Source of the DNA: Nanobdellota archaeon
Lineage (GTDB): Archaea; Nanobdellota; Nanobdellia; Woesearchaeales; JACPBV01
Direction: 5' to 3'
Length of the DNA: 58,733 bases
Assembly: GCA_034660355.1 (NCBI GenBank)
Contig: JAYEIZ010000160.1
Coordinates: 1 to 58,733 of the forward strand
Each line of letters begins with the position of its first letter. Position 1 is the stretch's first letter. Made by a program: the position numbers and the translations under genes. Shown piece after piece: positions 8,126-18,526 of the stretch. The notes beneath the pieces were generated by a model, which had not been told where the DNA came from, searched no databases, and worked only from the letters and a program-made list of their open reading frames with translations.

Positions 8126-11022
8126 GCAGGTATATCTATCATTCTTGTTATTTTATGATCAAAATCAAATTCGTTATAAACTAAGTCTATTTTAGCATCT
8201 TCATATGCAAAATAACTTTCTGGAGACATAGGATTAAACCTAACTCTTTGAGACATATCTAGTAAAGCTAAATCAGTCCCATCTCCACGTTTAAGTAAAC
8301 TTCTTTGAATATCTTCTAATACATTCATATCTTTTGTATATTCTTTAAGATACTCATCCCACTCTTGCTGCATTTCTCCTAATCTACTTTCTGCATGTTC
8401 AGTCATTACTCCGCCCATGTAATGAGAAGCATGAGCAAATATACGTGTAGTTGTTACAGCTATTTCAGCTGTACTAGAAGGGTCTAACATAAATATCATT
8501 ACAGCAACATTCAAAGCTAACTGTAATTCTATATTATCTCCAACAATCGCACTTATAGCTTCTTTTATAATTGTAGCTATAAGTATCTTAGTTCCTACAG
8601 CTATTAACATAGGTACTATAGCTAATGTAGCTACACCTGCTGCACCGACTGTATATATACAAGTAACTCCTAAAGCATTAGTTAATGTAAATGTTGAACC
8701 TGCTGCTAATGCTTCCCCACCTACTGTAGCAACTACTCCTGCTTCTGTAGATACTGTAGTTACAGCAACTCCTTCTGCAACTGGAGCACCTGAGACAGTC
8801 ATTGTAGATGCAGTAGTAGTAGCTGAACCTCCCGCTGTAGCACCACCTGCTGGAGTAAGAAACATTGAAACTACAACTATAATAACAATTATAATAAGTA
8901 TCATTACAAGCATTTTAAGTAGGTTAAATTTCCTAGCTTTAATGACTTCATAATGAGCTATATAGATAGATAAATGTGAACCTGATAAAAATAGTTTACT
9001 TAAATCTCCAATAGATAATTCATTAATAAAAGCATATATCAGAGGAACCATTAAATCATCTCGATTCCCTAGATTAAACTTAACCATCTCAAAGTGTCCA
9101 GTAGCACCATCCTCTACACGTAGAGCAGCCATAGGAGCTACAACAGTATACGCATTAAGTCCTGATGGAGTACACTCGTAATATGTAATACTTTGTCCTG
9201 CAGTGGTCTCCTCAGAGGCACTAAGCACCATACGTAAAATTCCGCCTACATTTTCGTATACCATATCAGGAGTTAGATATATTACATCTGTTACATTTCC
9301 TTCAGCATCTTGTAATTCAGCTGTGTATGATATTCTCTCAGTAACCTGTAACCAATTAGAAGCTTCTGCTGTAGTATCTCCAGGATTTACTACACCATTC
9401 CCAGCTAAGAAAGCATTTACTTCAGCTAGATTATCTGCTTTGTAACCTACATTATATGTACCTTTTCCAGATGAGCTGTAATAAGTGTATACAAGATCTC
9501 CAGCGTCATTAAACTTAGACATATCTGAATAATATATACCATTCTCTGCACTACCTGTATCAGCATCAATTTCAGCTAAAGTAGTATGTTGAAATTTAAC
9601 GTATGCAAACTGAAAAGCATATTTATAATCTGTAGCAGTAACTATTAATTTATTATATGGTTTAGTATCTTCTTCAGGAGTAGAGTCATACGTTCCTTGA
9701 GTAACTCCCTGAGTACTATATAAATTCTGAAACATATTAAATAGATAACTCATACCTGCTTGAGTAGTATCCCACATACGTACACCAAAATTAACATAGA
9801 TATTATCTATATCTCCAGGATCTGCTCCAGGTTCATTAAGAACAGAGTCAAGCATAGCTTCTCCATCCATATTGAGAATACTTAATAACTCTATAATCTT
9901 CTCTTTTTTACTTGCTTCAAAACTAGTAAAATTTGTATTACTAATTCTTAATGGTATTGCAGGAATTGTTTTATAGTTAGATGGATCTTCATTAACAGGA
10001 TTCTCTGGATCATCTAAGTCAGGATAAGTACCTTCACCTACTTTATATACAAATATATACGTTCTATTAGGATTACTATCTTTGTAATAATAAGACGTGT
10101 AGTGCATATTTAATGGTTTCTTAGGAATAGTATAAGGTAATGGTATTGTAACTCCTGCATCATTATATATATCTAAATTATATGTTTCAGTTATTTCATC
10201 ATAAGTCATTGAACCAAAATCTATATGCCAACGAGTATCTACCAACACACTATCAGATACATTGTTATGATCTGATATAGTAATTATATGGTGAGTACCT
10301 GTTGATTTAGTTAGATTATCTGGAGTAGTTGCAGGGGAAGTAGATACATTAATATCAGTTCCAGTAACTGCATCAGAGGTATGATTATACTCAGAGAGAT
10401 CTACACGAGTATGTACACCTGAGCTAATAGTAACGGTATCTGTAGAGTTTCCAGAAGATGTATTTATTTCTCTATACTCTCCACCAGGTAAAGTATTATT
10501 ACCTACATCATATCCTTTGTTTTCTTGTAACCAATACTTCATCCAAGCAGATGGGATTAATGAACCAACTTTGCTTTGTTCAGCAGTACATGGTACACCT
10601 GTTAAGGTTTGTAAAGCGTTACTTAACTCTTCATAATCTACATAAGTAATATGAGATTCTAATGTAGGGAAATCTTCATAATAATCCCCATCATCAATAT
10701 ATTTAATAAATTTCTTTAGATTACCCTTCATGCTACGGAAAGTAGACATGTATAGTATTTCTTCTGTAATATCTTCATCTTGTAAGATAGCTCGAAGAAT
10801 TACATTAAGTAAGGGATTTTTCTTATCTGTGTCATCAAATAATGGGATATTTTGAACTGCATAGGTGGATATAATAGTATCTTCAGGGTCTTCTAAACCA
10901 AGAAGCATAGCTAATATATCCAACACTACTTCTACAACAAGGATTACAATATCTACAATTATAGTAACAATATCAATAATGACATCAACTACTGTTTCTA
11001 TAATATCTGCTATAAATCCCAT
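8116..11022 (-). CDS. Large virion protein (968 aa) with hydrophobic-acidic N-terminus and C-terminal transmembrane/Gly-Ala-Thr-rich region; candidate membrane-inserting ejection protein
   Basis: N-terminus 'MGFIADIIETVVDVIIDIVTIIVDIVILVVEVVLDILAMLLGL'. Later 'LLKMLVMILIIIVIIVVVSMF' plus several A/G/V/T-rich hydrophobic segments. Sits in the large-virion-protein block of N4-like order. Confidence 0.55.
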   Translation of the reverse strand: MGFIADIIETVVDVIIDIVTIIVDIVILVVEVVLDILAMLLGLEDPEDTIISTYAVQNIPLFDDTDKKNPLLNVILRAILQDEDITEEILYMSTFRSMKGNLKKFIKYIDDGDYYEDFPTLESHITYVDYEELSNALQTLTGVPCTAEQSKVGSLIPSAWMKYWLQENKGYDVGNNTLPGGEYREINTSSGNSTDTVTISSGVHTRVDLSEYNHTSDAVTGTDINVSTSPATTPDNLTKSTGTHHIITISDHNNVSDSVLVDTRWHIDFGSMTYDEITETYNLDIYNDAGVTIPLPYTIPKKPLNMHYTSYYYKDSNPNRTYIFVYKVGEGTYPDLDDPENPVNEDPSNYKTIPAIPLRISNTNFTSFEASKKEKIIELLSILNMDGEAMLDSVLNEPGADPGDIDNIYVNFGVRMWDTTQAGMSYLFNMFQNLYSTQGVTQGTYDSTPEEDTKPYNKLIVTATDYKYAFQFAYVKFQHTTLAEIDADTGSAENGIYYSDMSKFNDAGDLVYTYYSSSGKGTYNVGYKADNLAEVNAFLAGNGVVNPGDTTAEASNWLQVTERISYTAELQDAEGNVTDVIYLTPDMVYENVGGILRMVLSASEETTAGQSITYYECTPSGLNAYTVVAPMAALRVEDGATGHFEMVKFNLGNRDDLMVPLIYAFINELSIGDLSKLFLSGSHLSIYIAHYEVIKARKFNLLKMLVMILIIIVIIVVVSMFLTPAGGATAGGSATTTASTMTVSGAPVAEGVAVTTVSTEAGVVATVGGEALAAGSTFTLTNALGVTCIYTVGAAGVATLAIVPMLIAVGTKILIATIIKEAISAIVGDNIELQLALNVAVMIFMLDPSSTAEIAVTTTRIFAHASHYMGGVMTEHAESRLGEMQQEWDEYLKEYTKDMNVLEDIQRSLLKRGDGTDLALLDMSQRVRFNPMSPESYFAYEDAKIDLVYNEFDFDHKITRMIDIPAHI

Positions 11023-11044
11023 AAGGTAATCCCATTAGATATGC

Positions 11045-11566
11045 TTATAATGGTTCAGCAGATTCAATCTGATCATTAATATTATCTACACCTGTAGAGT
11101 TAATTGCGTCTACTCCTGTAGATGCAACACCTGCAGTAGATACATTAATATTCCACATATTTGCTAGAGTCTGTAAATGCTTATTCTTAGCATTATTTAA
11201 GAACCCTTTAGCTTGTTCACCATATAGAGTAATTTGCTTACCCATAACACTTTCAGGATCAGGGGCTACTTTAGTAGTCTGAATTGTCTGAGCAAATTCG
11301 GTAATCTCTTTTTGACCTAAGAGACTTACCTCAGTATTAGTTTTCTCTTTCCCTAATAGGAAAGCTGTAGCTTGCTGTACAGTTGCCTGTAATGCTCCTA
11401 GATAGACTGTAGCATAATCAGCACCAGTGATTCGTCCTAGTTGATGCTGTGCGTCTACATGAGCAGTAACAGTTTCCATGAGCTTATCAAATGCACCGTC
11501 TCCAGTAACTATGTTATCCTCATCTGTCTGCACATTACTAGTTAAATCACTGATACCTATAGTCAT
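11045..11566 (-). CDS. Structural protein (173 aa), unknown function
   Basis: ORF whose ATG (11566) shares 1 nt with the stop codon of the upstream 196-aa gene, inside the capsid-proximal block. Confidence 0.5.
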   Translation of the reverse strand: MTIGISDLTSNVQTDEDNIVTGDGAFDKLMETVTAHVDAQHQLGRITGADYATVYLGALQATVQQATAFLLGKEKTNTEVSLLGQKEITEFAQTIQTTKVAPDPESVMGKQITLYGEQAKGFLNNAKNKHLQTLANMWNINVSTAGVASTGVDAINSTGVDNINDQIESAEPL

Positions 11567-12156
11567 TATGCGTCTCCACGAGCTTTTTGTGCATCTGCAA
11601 GTCTATCTATTTCTTCTTTAGTCAAGTCAGGTAGGACTTCTACATTAAACTTTTTAGCTAGATAAGCTACTGAAGTTTTCTGACCATTAGGCAGTTTAAC
11701 AGTTTTGAATTTCTGCATCTGAGCATTATTAATCTGATCAAAGATAATCTGCGGTACATGCCAACCATTCTCGTTATTAAAGGGCACAAACTTTTTAATC
11801 ATACGTCCTTTATTAACAGATGAACTACCAACTGTGAATATCATTCCAGATTGTAAATTAAGTAAAGGATCATTAGGACTAATTATAATTCTACGTAGTG
11901 TCATAGCTCGCTGTTCTTTAGTTAATTTAACTTCTACTTTCTTAACAGTCTTTGCTATTTTAACTTCTTCACTTGCTTTAACTGTATCAAGTATTTCAAT
12001 TACTTTTTCTGTAGGAGCTTCTTTGTATGTGCCCTGTTCTACTGCAGTAAGTGTTTCACGTAGTTTCTTCACACCAGTAGAATGATGTAGTTCAATATTA
12101 TGTGAAGACAGTTCAAGAATTAGATCTTCTTTTTCCATATTTTTAATATCTGACAT
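11566..12156 (-). CDS. Hypothetical protein (196 aa) downstream of the capsid gene
   Basis: ORF with N-terminal helix-hairpin-like segment 'KEDLILELSSHNIELHHSTGVKKLRETL'. No function recognised. Confidence 0.5.
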   Translation of the reverse strand: MSDIKNMEKEDLILELSSHNIELHHSTGVKKLRETLTAVEQGTYKEAPTEKVIEILDTVKASEEVKIAKTVKKVEVKLTKEQRAMTLRRIIISPNDPLLNLQSGMIFTVGSSSVNKGRMIKKFVPFNNENGWHVPQIIFDQINNAQMQKFKTVKLPNGQKTSVAYLAKKFNVEVLPDLTKEEIDRLADAQKARGDA

Positions 12157-12184
12157 TTAATATATCCTTTTGTTATTTAATAAA

Positions 12185-12214
12185 GTCCCTAGAAGCTTTT
12201 ATACCTCTAGGGAC
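12185..12214 (-). terminator. Stem-loop immediately downstream of the major capsid gene
   Basis: gtccctaga (12185-12193) pairs with tctagggac (12206-12214): 9 bp, GC-rich for this genome. On the minus strand it is followed by TTTATTAAAT. Confidence 0.55.
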
Positions 12215-12223
12215 AATAAGTGC

Positions 12224-13501
12224 TTATAGGTTTTCTAAAGCAGTCCAAATAATACCAAGACGTTCTGGACGTAATGCCATGAAGCCATAATAGTACTTGA
12301 TTGAATAGAACCCAATTTCCCCATAAGGATCATCACGATTAGCAATTTCCTTACCAGGAGCTTTATGGTTGATAACAAACTTAACAGATTTACCGTCAGT
12401 CTGGAAACCTATTGTAGTAAATGCACCATCACCAACAACAAGCATTGGATAGATGTCTGTACCATTAAAGCCATCACCTGCAGTATCCGCAGCAGAAGCA
12501 CCACCGCCTGGAGAATATTGCATTTCAGGTACTATAATAATCCTGAACTGGTCAATAGTACCAATTTCACCTAGCACAGCATTACCAGCATCTGCATACT
12601 TTTCTACAGAAATAAATGCTGGATTATTATGTAGGTCTTTCATTGCTCTAAATGTAGGTATCATTTCTGAACATGTATACAGAAGATAGCCACCATTAAT
12701 AGTTCTTGTATCGACCATACGAGAACCAGAAATGATTTTAGTCTGTTTAGGTGTCTTGTTATTGGCAAGAGCAATAGACAAGTTCATCAGATCTGTATAT
12801 GTAACTACTTCATCCACAGTAATTTTAGTAGTTCCACCCATGAAATAGGTAGTACCATTAGCTGTAGCTGTAGTAAGTAGATCAGCCTGAAGTTCAGCTT
12901 CAGTCATCTCATTAGCAGCTACAAGAGCTTCTTCTGTGATATGAGAAAGTAGCTCAGTATCAGAGTCAAAGTCCATAGATTCCTGTGAGTACTCTGTGAA
13001 GAAACCTCGTTTAAGAAGTTCCCCTTCAATCTGAAGTCTAGTGAAACCAACTCTATTAACTCGTCCACCATTCTCTGTAAGAGCAGGAATCTTTTTTAGA
13101 ATAGTACCAGTATCCCTAGAAGAACCATACAAGAACTGACCATTCTCACCTACTGTACCATGAGCACCTGCTGCAGTAATAGCAAGAGCTTCAGTAGCAT
13201 ACGTAGATCCCTGAAGAACTCCAGCTGCATTCCAAGCAGACCATGTACCAGCAGTTAGAGATGTACCAGCAGCATCAATACCCTGATCATTTACATTACG
13301 TTCATCTAGCAATGGAACATATACATCTTGTTTAATTTTCTTTCCCATATGCTTAGGCATACCTTTTACACTAGCTAGAGGCAGAAAATACTGTTTATCA
13401 CGTACAGCAATAAGAGCTTTCTTATTGTAGTAATCTGTACGAGCTTGAGCTCCAATACTAGAAGCTGACCCTCCGAGAGGGTCGTTATAATTATGAGCCA
13501 T
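12224..13501 (-). CDS. Major capsid protein (425 aa)
   Basis: Size and position (portal, small ORF, acidic scaffold, this ORF, hairpin) fit the HK97-type/N4 gp56-like slot. RBS AAAGGA. No direct motif proof. Confidence 0.75.
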   Translation of the reverse strand: MAHNYNDPLGGSASSIGAQARTDYYNKKALIAVRDKQYFLPLASVKGMPKHMGKKIKQDVYVPLLDERNVNDQGIDAAGTSLTAGTWSAWNAAGVLQGSTYATEALAITAAGAHGTVGENGQFLYGSSRDTGTILKKIPALTENGGRVNRVGFTRLQIEGELLKRGFFTEYSQESMDFDSDTELLSHITEEALVAANEMTEAELQADLLTTATANGTTYFMGGTTKITVDEVVTYTDLMNLSIALANNKTPKQTKIISGSRMVDTRTINGGYLLYTCSEMIPTFRAMKDLHNNPAFISVEKYADAGNAVLGEIGTIDQFRIIIVPEMQYSPGGGASAADTAGDGFNGTDIYPMLVVGDGAFTTIGFQTDGKSVKFVINHKAPGKEIANRDDPYGEIGFYSIKYYYGFMALRPERLGIIWTALENL

Positions 13502-13533
13502 AATTAATAATCCTTTTCAAAATAAATAAAAAT

Positions 13534-14715
13534 CTATCTACTCGAAAACTGTTTTTCAAAATCTGCATCAGACATATTTAAAATATCCTTAATAACAGGT
13601 TTTGTACTCTTTCGAGAAGACTTACTTGTAGCAGCTGCTTTACGTTGTTTATTACGTTCAGCATCTTTCTGCTTAGGTTTTGGTTTACTTGATACATCAG
13701 AAGGTTCTGCCTTTGTAGCAGGAGCTAATAACCCTGATTGGGTTAGTCGATTAGCAATCTGTTCATAAGCATTTACGTCAGAAATACCATTAAGTTTACC
13801 TAATGATTTTTCACGTTGTAGAACTTCATTAACTTTATCAAATACTCCATTAGACATATGAGCATCAATAATTCTAATTATTTCAGGATTATCTGAAACA
13901 GTAGCTTTACTTGCATTGTCCCACTCTTTAGTAAGAGTATTAATAGTACGGCTAAATGTTGGAGAGTCTTTAAGATCCTCTAACACTACATCAATATTAA
14001 ACTCTTCATCAGAGATGGAGTAATTGTTAGGAGTATATTCTACACCTTCAGTATCTATATCTATAGGATCCAGACCACTGTCTTTTAATAGCTTTGCTAC
14101 AGCATTAGGATCTTTATTAGACAAGTCAATTAAGTTATGCAACCTAGATTCATCAAGCAATTTATGCTTATCTAGCATTTTAATAATCTTTAGATTAGGC
14201 TTTAGTTGAGCCATCTTCTTCTGATAATTAGCTCCCATTTGCATGAGCTTAACAATGTCTTCAGGATCTTTAACTGCCATTTCAACGCCATTAGCTTTGA
14301 ATGGTTCTGTTACCTTTTTATAGGCACTTTCGTAATCAAACTCTATTGTTTCCGAAGTATCCTTCTTTGTGTCAGGTGAGTCTTCTTTACTAGTATCAAG
14401 AGATTCTTCTTTATCTGTTTCTGAAAAAGATTCTTGCTCTGTCTGGGTATCCCCTTCTAGTTGGCTAGAGTCTTCATCTTCATTAGATTCAGTAGTGTGC
14501 TCTTGTGCTTCACTATCATCGTCTGTAGAGGTATCTTCACTATTATCAGAAGCATCCTCTTTAGCATCCTCTGAGTTATCCTCAGAGGTATCTTCATTAG
14601 AATCAGTATCCTCAGGAGTATCTGTAGAAGTATCTACCTCTAAGAAGTCTGCAGGATCCTGCTTCATAAATTCTTCATCGGATAGCCCGAGAGCTGATCT
14701 TTGAGTATCTACCAT
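13534..14715 (-). CDS. Scaffolding protein (393 aa)
   Basis: Extremely acidic D/E/S/T-rich N-terminal third, helical middle and basic K-rich C-terminus. Lies between portal and capsid genes. Confidence 0.6.
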   Translation of the reverse strand: MVDTQRSALGLSDEEFMKQDPADFLEVDTSTDTPEDTDSNEDTSEDNSEDAKEDASDNSEDTSTDDDSEAQEHTTESNEDEDSSQLEGDTQTEQESFSETDKEESLDTSKEDSPDTKKDTSETIEFDYESAYKKVTEPFKANGVEMAVKDPEDIVKLMQMGANYQKKMAQLKPNLKIIKMLDKHKLLDESRLHNLIDLSNKDPNAVAKLLKDSGLDPIDIDTEGVEYTPNNYSISDEEFNIDVVLEDLKDSPTFSRTINTLTKEWDNASKATVSDNPEIIRIIDAHMSNGVFDKVNEVLQREKSLGKLNGISDVNAYEQIANRLTQSGLLAPATKAEPSDVSSKPKPKQKDAERNKQRKAAATSKSSRKSTKPVIKDILNMSDADFEKQFSSR

Positions 14716-14716
14716 A

Positions 14717-15049
14717 TTAGTTTAGTTCCTCTGCAGCTATTTCTTCTCGTACAGCTTCTTTTTCTGATAAACTATTTTCTGCAGATTCACCCATAGCTAA
14801 GATCATATGAATATATCCTATAAGAGTACCCGTACCATCTATATCACGTAAAACAGCTGCACGTTCCTGTTCATCTAAAGTAATATCAGATCTAAGTCTA
14901 ACTAGACGAGCAGCATTCTTTTCAAAGAACCCTTCTTTAATAATTTCTTTATAGTCTTTATTAGCTAATAGACGTTCACATACTTCTTTCTTTTTAATTA
15001 GCTCTTTAGCTTTTTCGATACTAATTTCTATTTCTTGTAAATCACTCAT
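14717..15049 (-). CDS. Hypothetical head-morphogenesis-associated protein (110 aa)
   Basis: Helical, E/K-rich ORF. It ends 1 nt before the scaffold gene start. Confidence 0.5.
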   Translation of the reverse strand: MSDLQEIEISIEKAKELIKKKEVCERLLANKDYKEIIKEGFFEKNAARLVRLRSDITLDEQERAAVLRDIDGTGTLIGYIHMILAMGESAENSLSEKEAVREEIAAEELN

Positions 15050-15114
15050 AAGTATTCCTTATATTTTATTAAATTAAAAATGTATTCTTATCTAACCTTT
15101 TAAGTAATCCTTTG

Positions 15115-17193
15115 TCAAGCATTACTATTTTTACTTTGCATTTGTTTAAATGCTTCTTGGTCTAGTTTACTTAATCTATCATGTTCTCGTTTCTCCATAT
15201 CCTGTTTATGTGATAGTTCCATTTGCTGTTCTTTATTAGCATCAAGAACTCCACTCTCTTTATTGAGGAAATCTAAATCAGTCTGATCTGAACCACTATG
15301 TAGACTACGTGCTTTAGCTTGCTCAGTAGCAGTCTTAGCTTGTTTGAGACCTACATCAACTGCATTCTCTTGTCCTTTAGCTTGTTCATTAACAATCTTA
15401 GCTTTAAGTAATTCTAACTCTAACATAGCTTTCTCTTGAGCTAATGGATCTGGTTGTGCTTGATAATCTGAAATACGTTTAGATAATTCAGGCATCTTAC
15501 GTAAGGTAGCTATATCAGCTAATACAATTTGGCTTAATTCCAATGGTAAATTATTTCCCATTGTCTGTAGCATAAAACTAAGTTCAGAAGCTTTTTGTTC
15601 ATCAGCCTCAGCAGTAGCTATTTTAAGTTTAATATCATATTCACCACCTAAATCATTACGATCTATTTCAACAAACTCTTCATTAGTAATACGTATAATT
15701 TCTGTATCTTCTAACCATTCAGAGTTCATAGAAATTATCTTACGACCAATCTGTGTAAGTCCATTAGCTAATCTACGTAAGATACCTAATTCTCTTTTAG
15801 ATGTAGCATCTAATGCAGATCTAATTCCTGTAGCTGATACTCCTAGAGCTTGTCCAGATATACCACTACTGAATGCTTTAACTCCAGTAAGTGATTCTGC
15901 TTCATTATTCTGCATAGCTATAACTTCCATAGCAGAACGAGGAATTTCAGGATACTTGCCCATATGGAATGCTTGATTAGGATCTACAGCAGCATTAAAC
16001 TGATAATCTTCACCACGATCATATTTACGTGAATTAACTACATCAAGAGCATCTTTACGAATACCTAATTGACCATTAGCACTCCTACCAATGACATCTA
16101 TAATACCTCTAGTAACAGCTCCAATGATGCGTTGATTATCTTCTAGTAATGCTGCATCAGGTTCACCATACGTAGCTTTTCTTTTAAGTAAATACTGCAC
16201 ACTTACAAATGGGAGTTTCTTATCGGGATAAGGATTTTCTTCCATACGTATTAAAGTATCTCCTACCCATGTAGCTACAAAAGGTTCTACTTCACCTGTA
16301 TCATTAATGTCCCAATAACCCCAATATTCATGAGCAATTATACGTTTACGTGGATCATCTTTAAATTTAAAGTTTCTATCTTCTCCAGCAAGTTCATGAT
16401 CTGGAGTATTAAGTATTGATGATGATTCTATATTAATATTATCTAAATTTTTATACCTGCCATCTTTCTTTAATTCAGATAAAGAAGTTTCAAAACTCCA
16501 TATAGCAAATTTTGCATCTGAGAATTTACCACTACATGTAGGATCAATTATAATATTATTATAATCACATATATCTAAAGTAGGTTGATTTTTAACTACA
16601 ACAGTTTCTTCTACCTTTTCTGTACCTACTACTATTTCCTGTACAGTAGGTTGCCCTGTATTTGGATCTAGTACTGTACGAGTCTCTGTTATGTCTTTAT
16701 GTACTGTACGAGTAGCTTCTTCGTATTCCCATCCTGTACGTACGATAACAGTACCTTCATCAACTGCAGTACGTATATACTCATCAATAAAACTAGTTTT
16801 ATCTAACTTGTTATTGAACTGATAATTTAATACAAGACCATTTTGTGTAGCAGTTTTCGTATCTTCAAATGTAACAGGAGATGTTTGGAAAAGATCATCT
16901 GTAGAGAGGAATGGTTCAGCTAATGAAGAGTATCTCCACTCAGCTTGTTTACGAGCTACTTTAGGTACAATCTTAGATCTACCTTTTTTAGTTTTAAGAT
17001 TCTGTTTGCCATTAAGTATATTAATCCAAGCATCTACTTGAACTGTATGAGCAGTATGATCTACTTTAGCACTTTCATAGTCTGCTTGTAATTCCCTAAG
17101 TGTAGGGGCATTCTCCCAATCAGTAAGATCTTTAGCAATCTCTTCTTGAGCTTCAAATGATTTATAAGTTTTATCATTACCATTATCATTCAT
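15115..17193 (-). CDS. Portal protein (692 aa)
   Basis: Size and position upstream of scaffold and capsid. The C-terminal tail is coiled-coil and acidic. Matches the N4 gp59 slot. Confidence 0.75.
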   Translation of the reverse strand: MNDNGNDKTYKSFEAQEEIAKDLTDWENAPTLRELQADYESAKVDHTAHTVQVDAWINILNGKQNLKTKKGRSKIVPKVARKQAEWRYSSLAEPFLSTDDLFQTSPVTFEDTKTATQNGLVLNYQFNNKLDKTSFIDEYIRTAVDEGTVIVRTGWEYEEATRTVHKDITETRTVLDPNTGQPTVQEIVVGTEKVEETVVVKNQPTLDICDYNNIIIDPTCSGKFSDAKFAIWSFETSLSELKKDGRYKNLDNINIESSSILNTPDHELAGEDRNFKFKDDPRKRIIAHEYWGYWDINDTGEVEPFVATWVGDTLIRMEENPYPDKKLPFVSVQYLLKRKATYGEPDAALLEDNQRIIGAVTRGIIDVIGRSANGQLGIRKDALDVVNSRKYDRGEDYQFNAAVDPNQAFHMGKYPEIPRSAMEVIAMQNNEAESLTGVKAFSSGISGQALGVSATGIRSALDATSKRELGILRRLANGLTQIGRKIISMNSEWLEDTEIIRITNEEFVEIDRNDLGGEYDIKLKIATAEADEQKASELSFMLQTMGNNLPLELSQIVLADIATLRKMPELSKRISDYQAQPDPLAQEKAMLELELLKAKIVNEQAKGQENAVDVGLKQAKTATEQAKARSLHSGSDQTDLDFLNKESGVLDANKEQQMELSHKQDMEKREHDRLSKLDQEAFKQMQSKNSNA

Positions 17194-17528
17194 TATTTCT
17201 TTACCTCTAAATGTTTAGTATACTGACTAGTAAATGTTTTAAGAGAATCTTTTACTTTATATATCTTTATACCATCTATAGTGTCATGGTAAATAGTATA
17301 CTTAGTAAATAGATTATTATGTATACCTTCTACAATAGAACAATATATATCATCACCTCTAACTATTTCAGATACAAAGTATTTCCATATTTTAGCAAAA
17401 GATATTCTAGCTATATTAGAATCAGCTATGATAAGTCCTGCAATCTCATATCCTTTTAATACACGACTGTATCTGTAGAATAATATACACCCATCTTCTT
17501 GGATTAATTTACAGTGTTTAAATATCAT
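17193..17528 (-). CDS. Hypothetical protein (111 aa) translationally coupled between the KAS-like gene and the portal gene
   Basis: ATGA overlap with the KAS stop (17525-17528) and 1-nt overlap with the portal ATG (17193). No motif recognised. Confidence 0.5.
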   Translation of the reverse strand: MIFKHCKLIQEDGCILFYRYSRVLKGYEIAGLIIADSNIARISFAKIWKYFVSEIVRGDDIYCSIVEGIHNNLFTKYTIYHDTIDGIKIYKVKDSLKTFTSQYTKHLEVKK

Positions 17529-18526
17529 TTAATAATCCTTACACTAGCTGCAGAGAATGTATTTCCCATACCTGCACCTAAACTAATAAACCTACCAGTA
17601 TGCTCTTCTATAGCTAAAGCAGTTTCTAGTGCTGTAGAAGCTCCTAGAGTGTGTCCTATACGTAATTTATATGTATGTGTAATAATATCCCCAAAAATCT
17701 GTTTAATGATTTCTTCTTCAGGAAAATTAGTATCTGTATATGTCCCATGAGGTTTAATAAAGTCATAAGCACCTTTCATCACATCAGTAATAACATCATG
17801 ATACCCTTCTCCTGAAGGAAGCATTCCTATAGGATTTGAGGAATGTTCACAAGTAACTGCAATCTTTTCTATTTCAGCAAGAGGAGTATTTTTAGATATA
17901 TTTATACTTCTTTCAGATTCAAATATACCAATATGACATCCTTGACCTAAATGAAATTTAACTATATCAGGATTACCTTCTTCGGAAGCTTTTTTACATA
18001 AACCAGTTTTTGCAAATACATGTAAATTTTCTTCTGCAGTAGCATTATCTAATGCCACTACTACTACAGCATCTAGTGTTTTAGTATCTATCAGCATTTT
18101 AGCAATCTGCCAAGAAGAATGTCCGCTAGTACAGCTAGAACAATTTGTAGTGATGTAATCAAATTTACCTAAACTATTTGCTATTTTACCTGCATATATG
18201 TGCGTTGTGCCTAGTAACATGACTTTATGTACTGGATAAGCATCACTAAGTTTAACTGTAGATTTATGTCCTGACCAAACAGAACCTCCTGTAGCTAAAA
18301 TAAATCCTATTTTTATTTCAGGATTACTAGTCAATTTTTTAATTTGTTCTGCTGTATAGGGATTTTTGTTTAGAGTATTTCTGAATATAATATCAGGTAA
18401 TAATCGTAAACCTTTAGCTACTACCATTCCTCCATCAGTAATCATATTAACATATTGAGGATGTGGGATATTTTCAATTAGCTGTAATTGAGTAGAGTAA
18501 TTCATATTAGAATGAGTTAAGAACAT
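17525..18526 (-). CDS. Beta-ketoacyl-ACP synthase I/II-like condensing enzyme, short form (333 aa)
   Basis: Thiolase-fold KAS signatures are visible. These are active-site Cys context 'TTNCSSCTSGHSSWQIA', 'FHLGQGCHIG', His motifs 'KPHGTYTDTN' and 'RIGHTLGASTALE', and C-terminal 'LGAGMGNTFSAA'. RBS GAGGAA lies inside the ACP gene end. Confidence 0.8.
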   Translation of the reverse strand: MFLTHSNMNYSTQLQLIENIPHPQYVNMITDGGMVVAKGLRLLPDIIFRNTLNKNPYTAEQIKKLTSNPEIKIGFILATGGSVWSGHKSTVKLSDAYPVHKVMLLGTTHIYAGKIANSLGKFDYITTNCSSCTSGHSSWQIAKMLIDTKTLDAVVVVALDNATAEENLHVFAKTGLCKKASEEGNPDIVKFHLGQGCHIGIFESERSINISKNTPLAEIEKIAVTCEHSSNPIGMLPSGEGYHDVITDVMKGAYDFIKPHGTYTDTNFPEEEIIKQIFGDIITHTYKLRIGHTLGASTALETALAIEEHTGRFISLGAGMGNTFSAASVRIIK

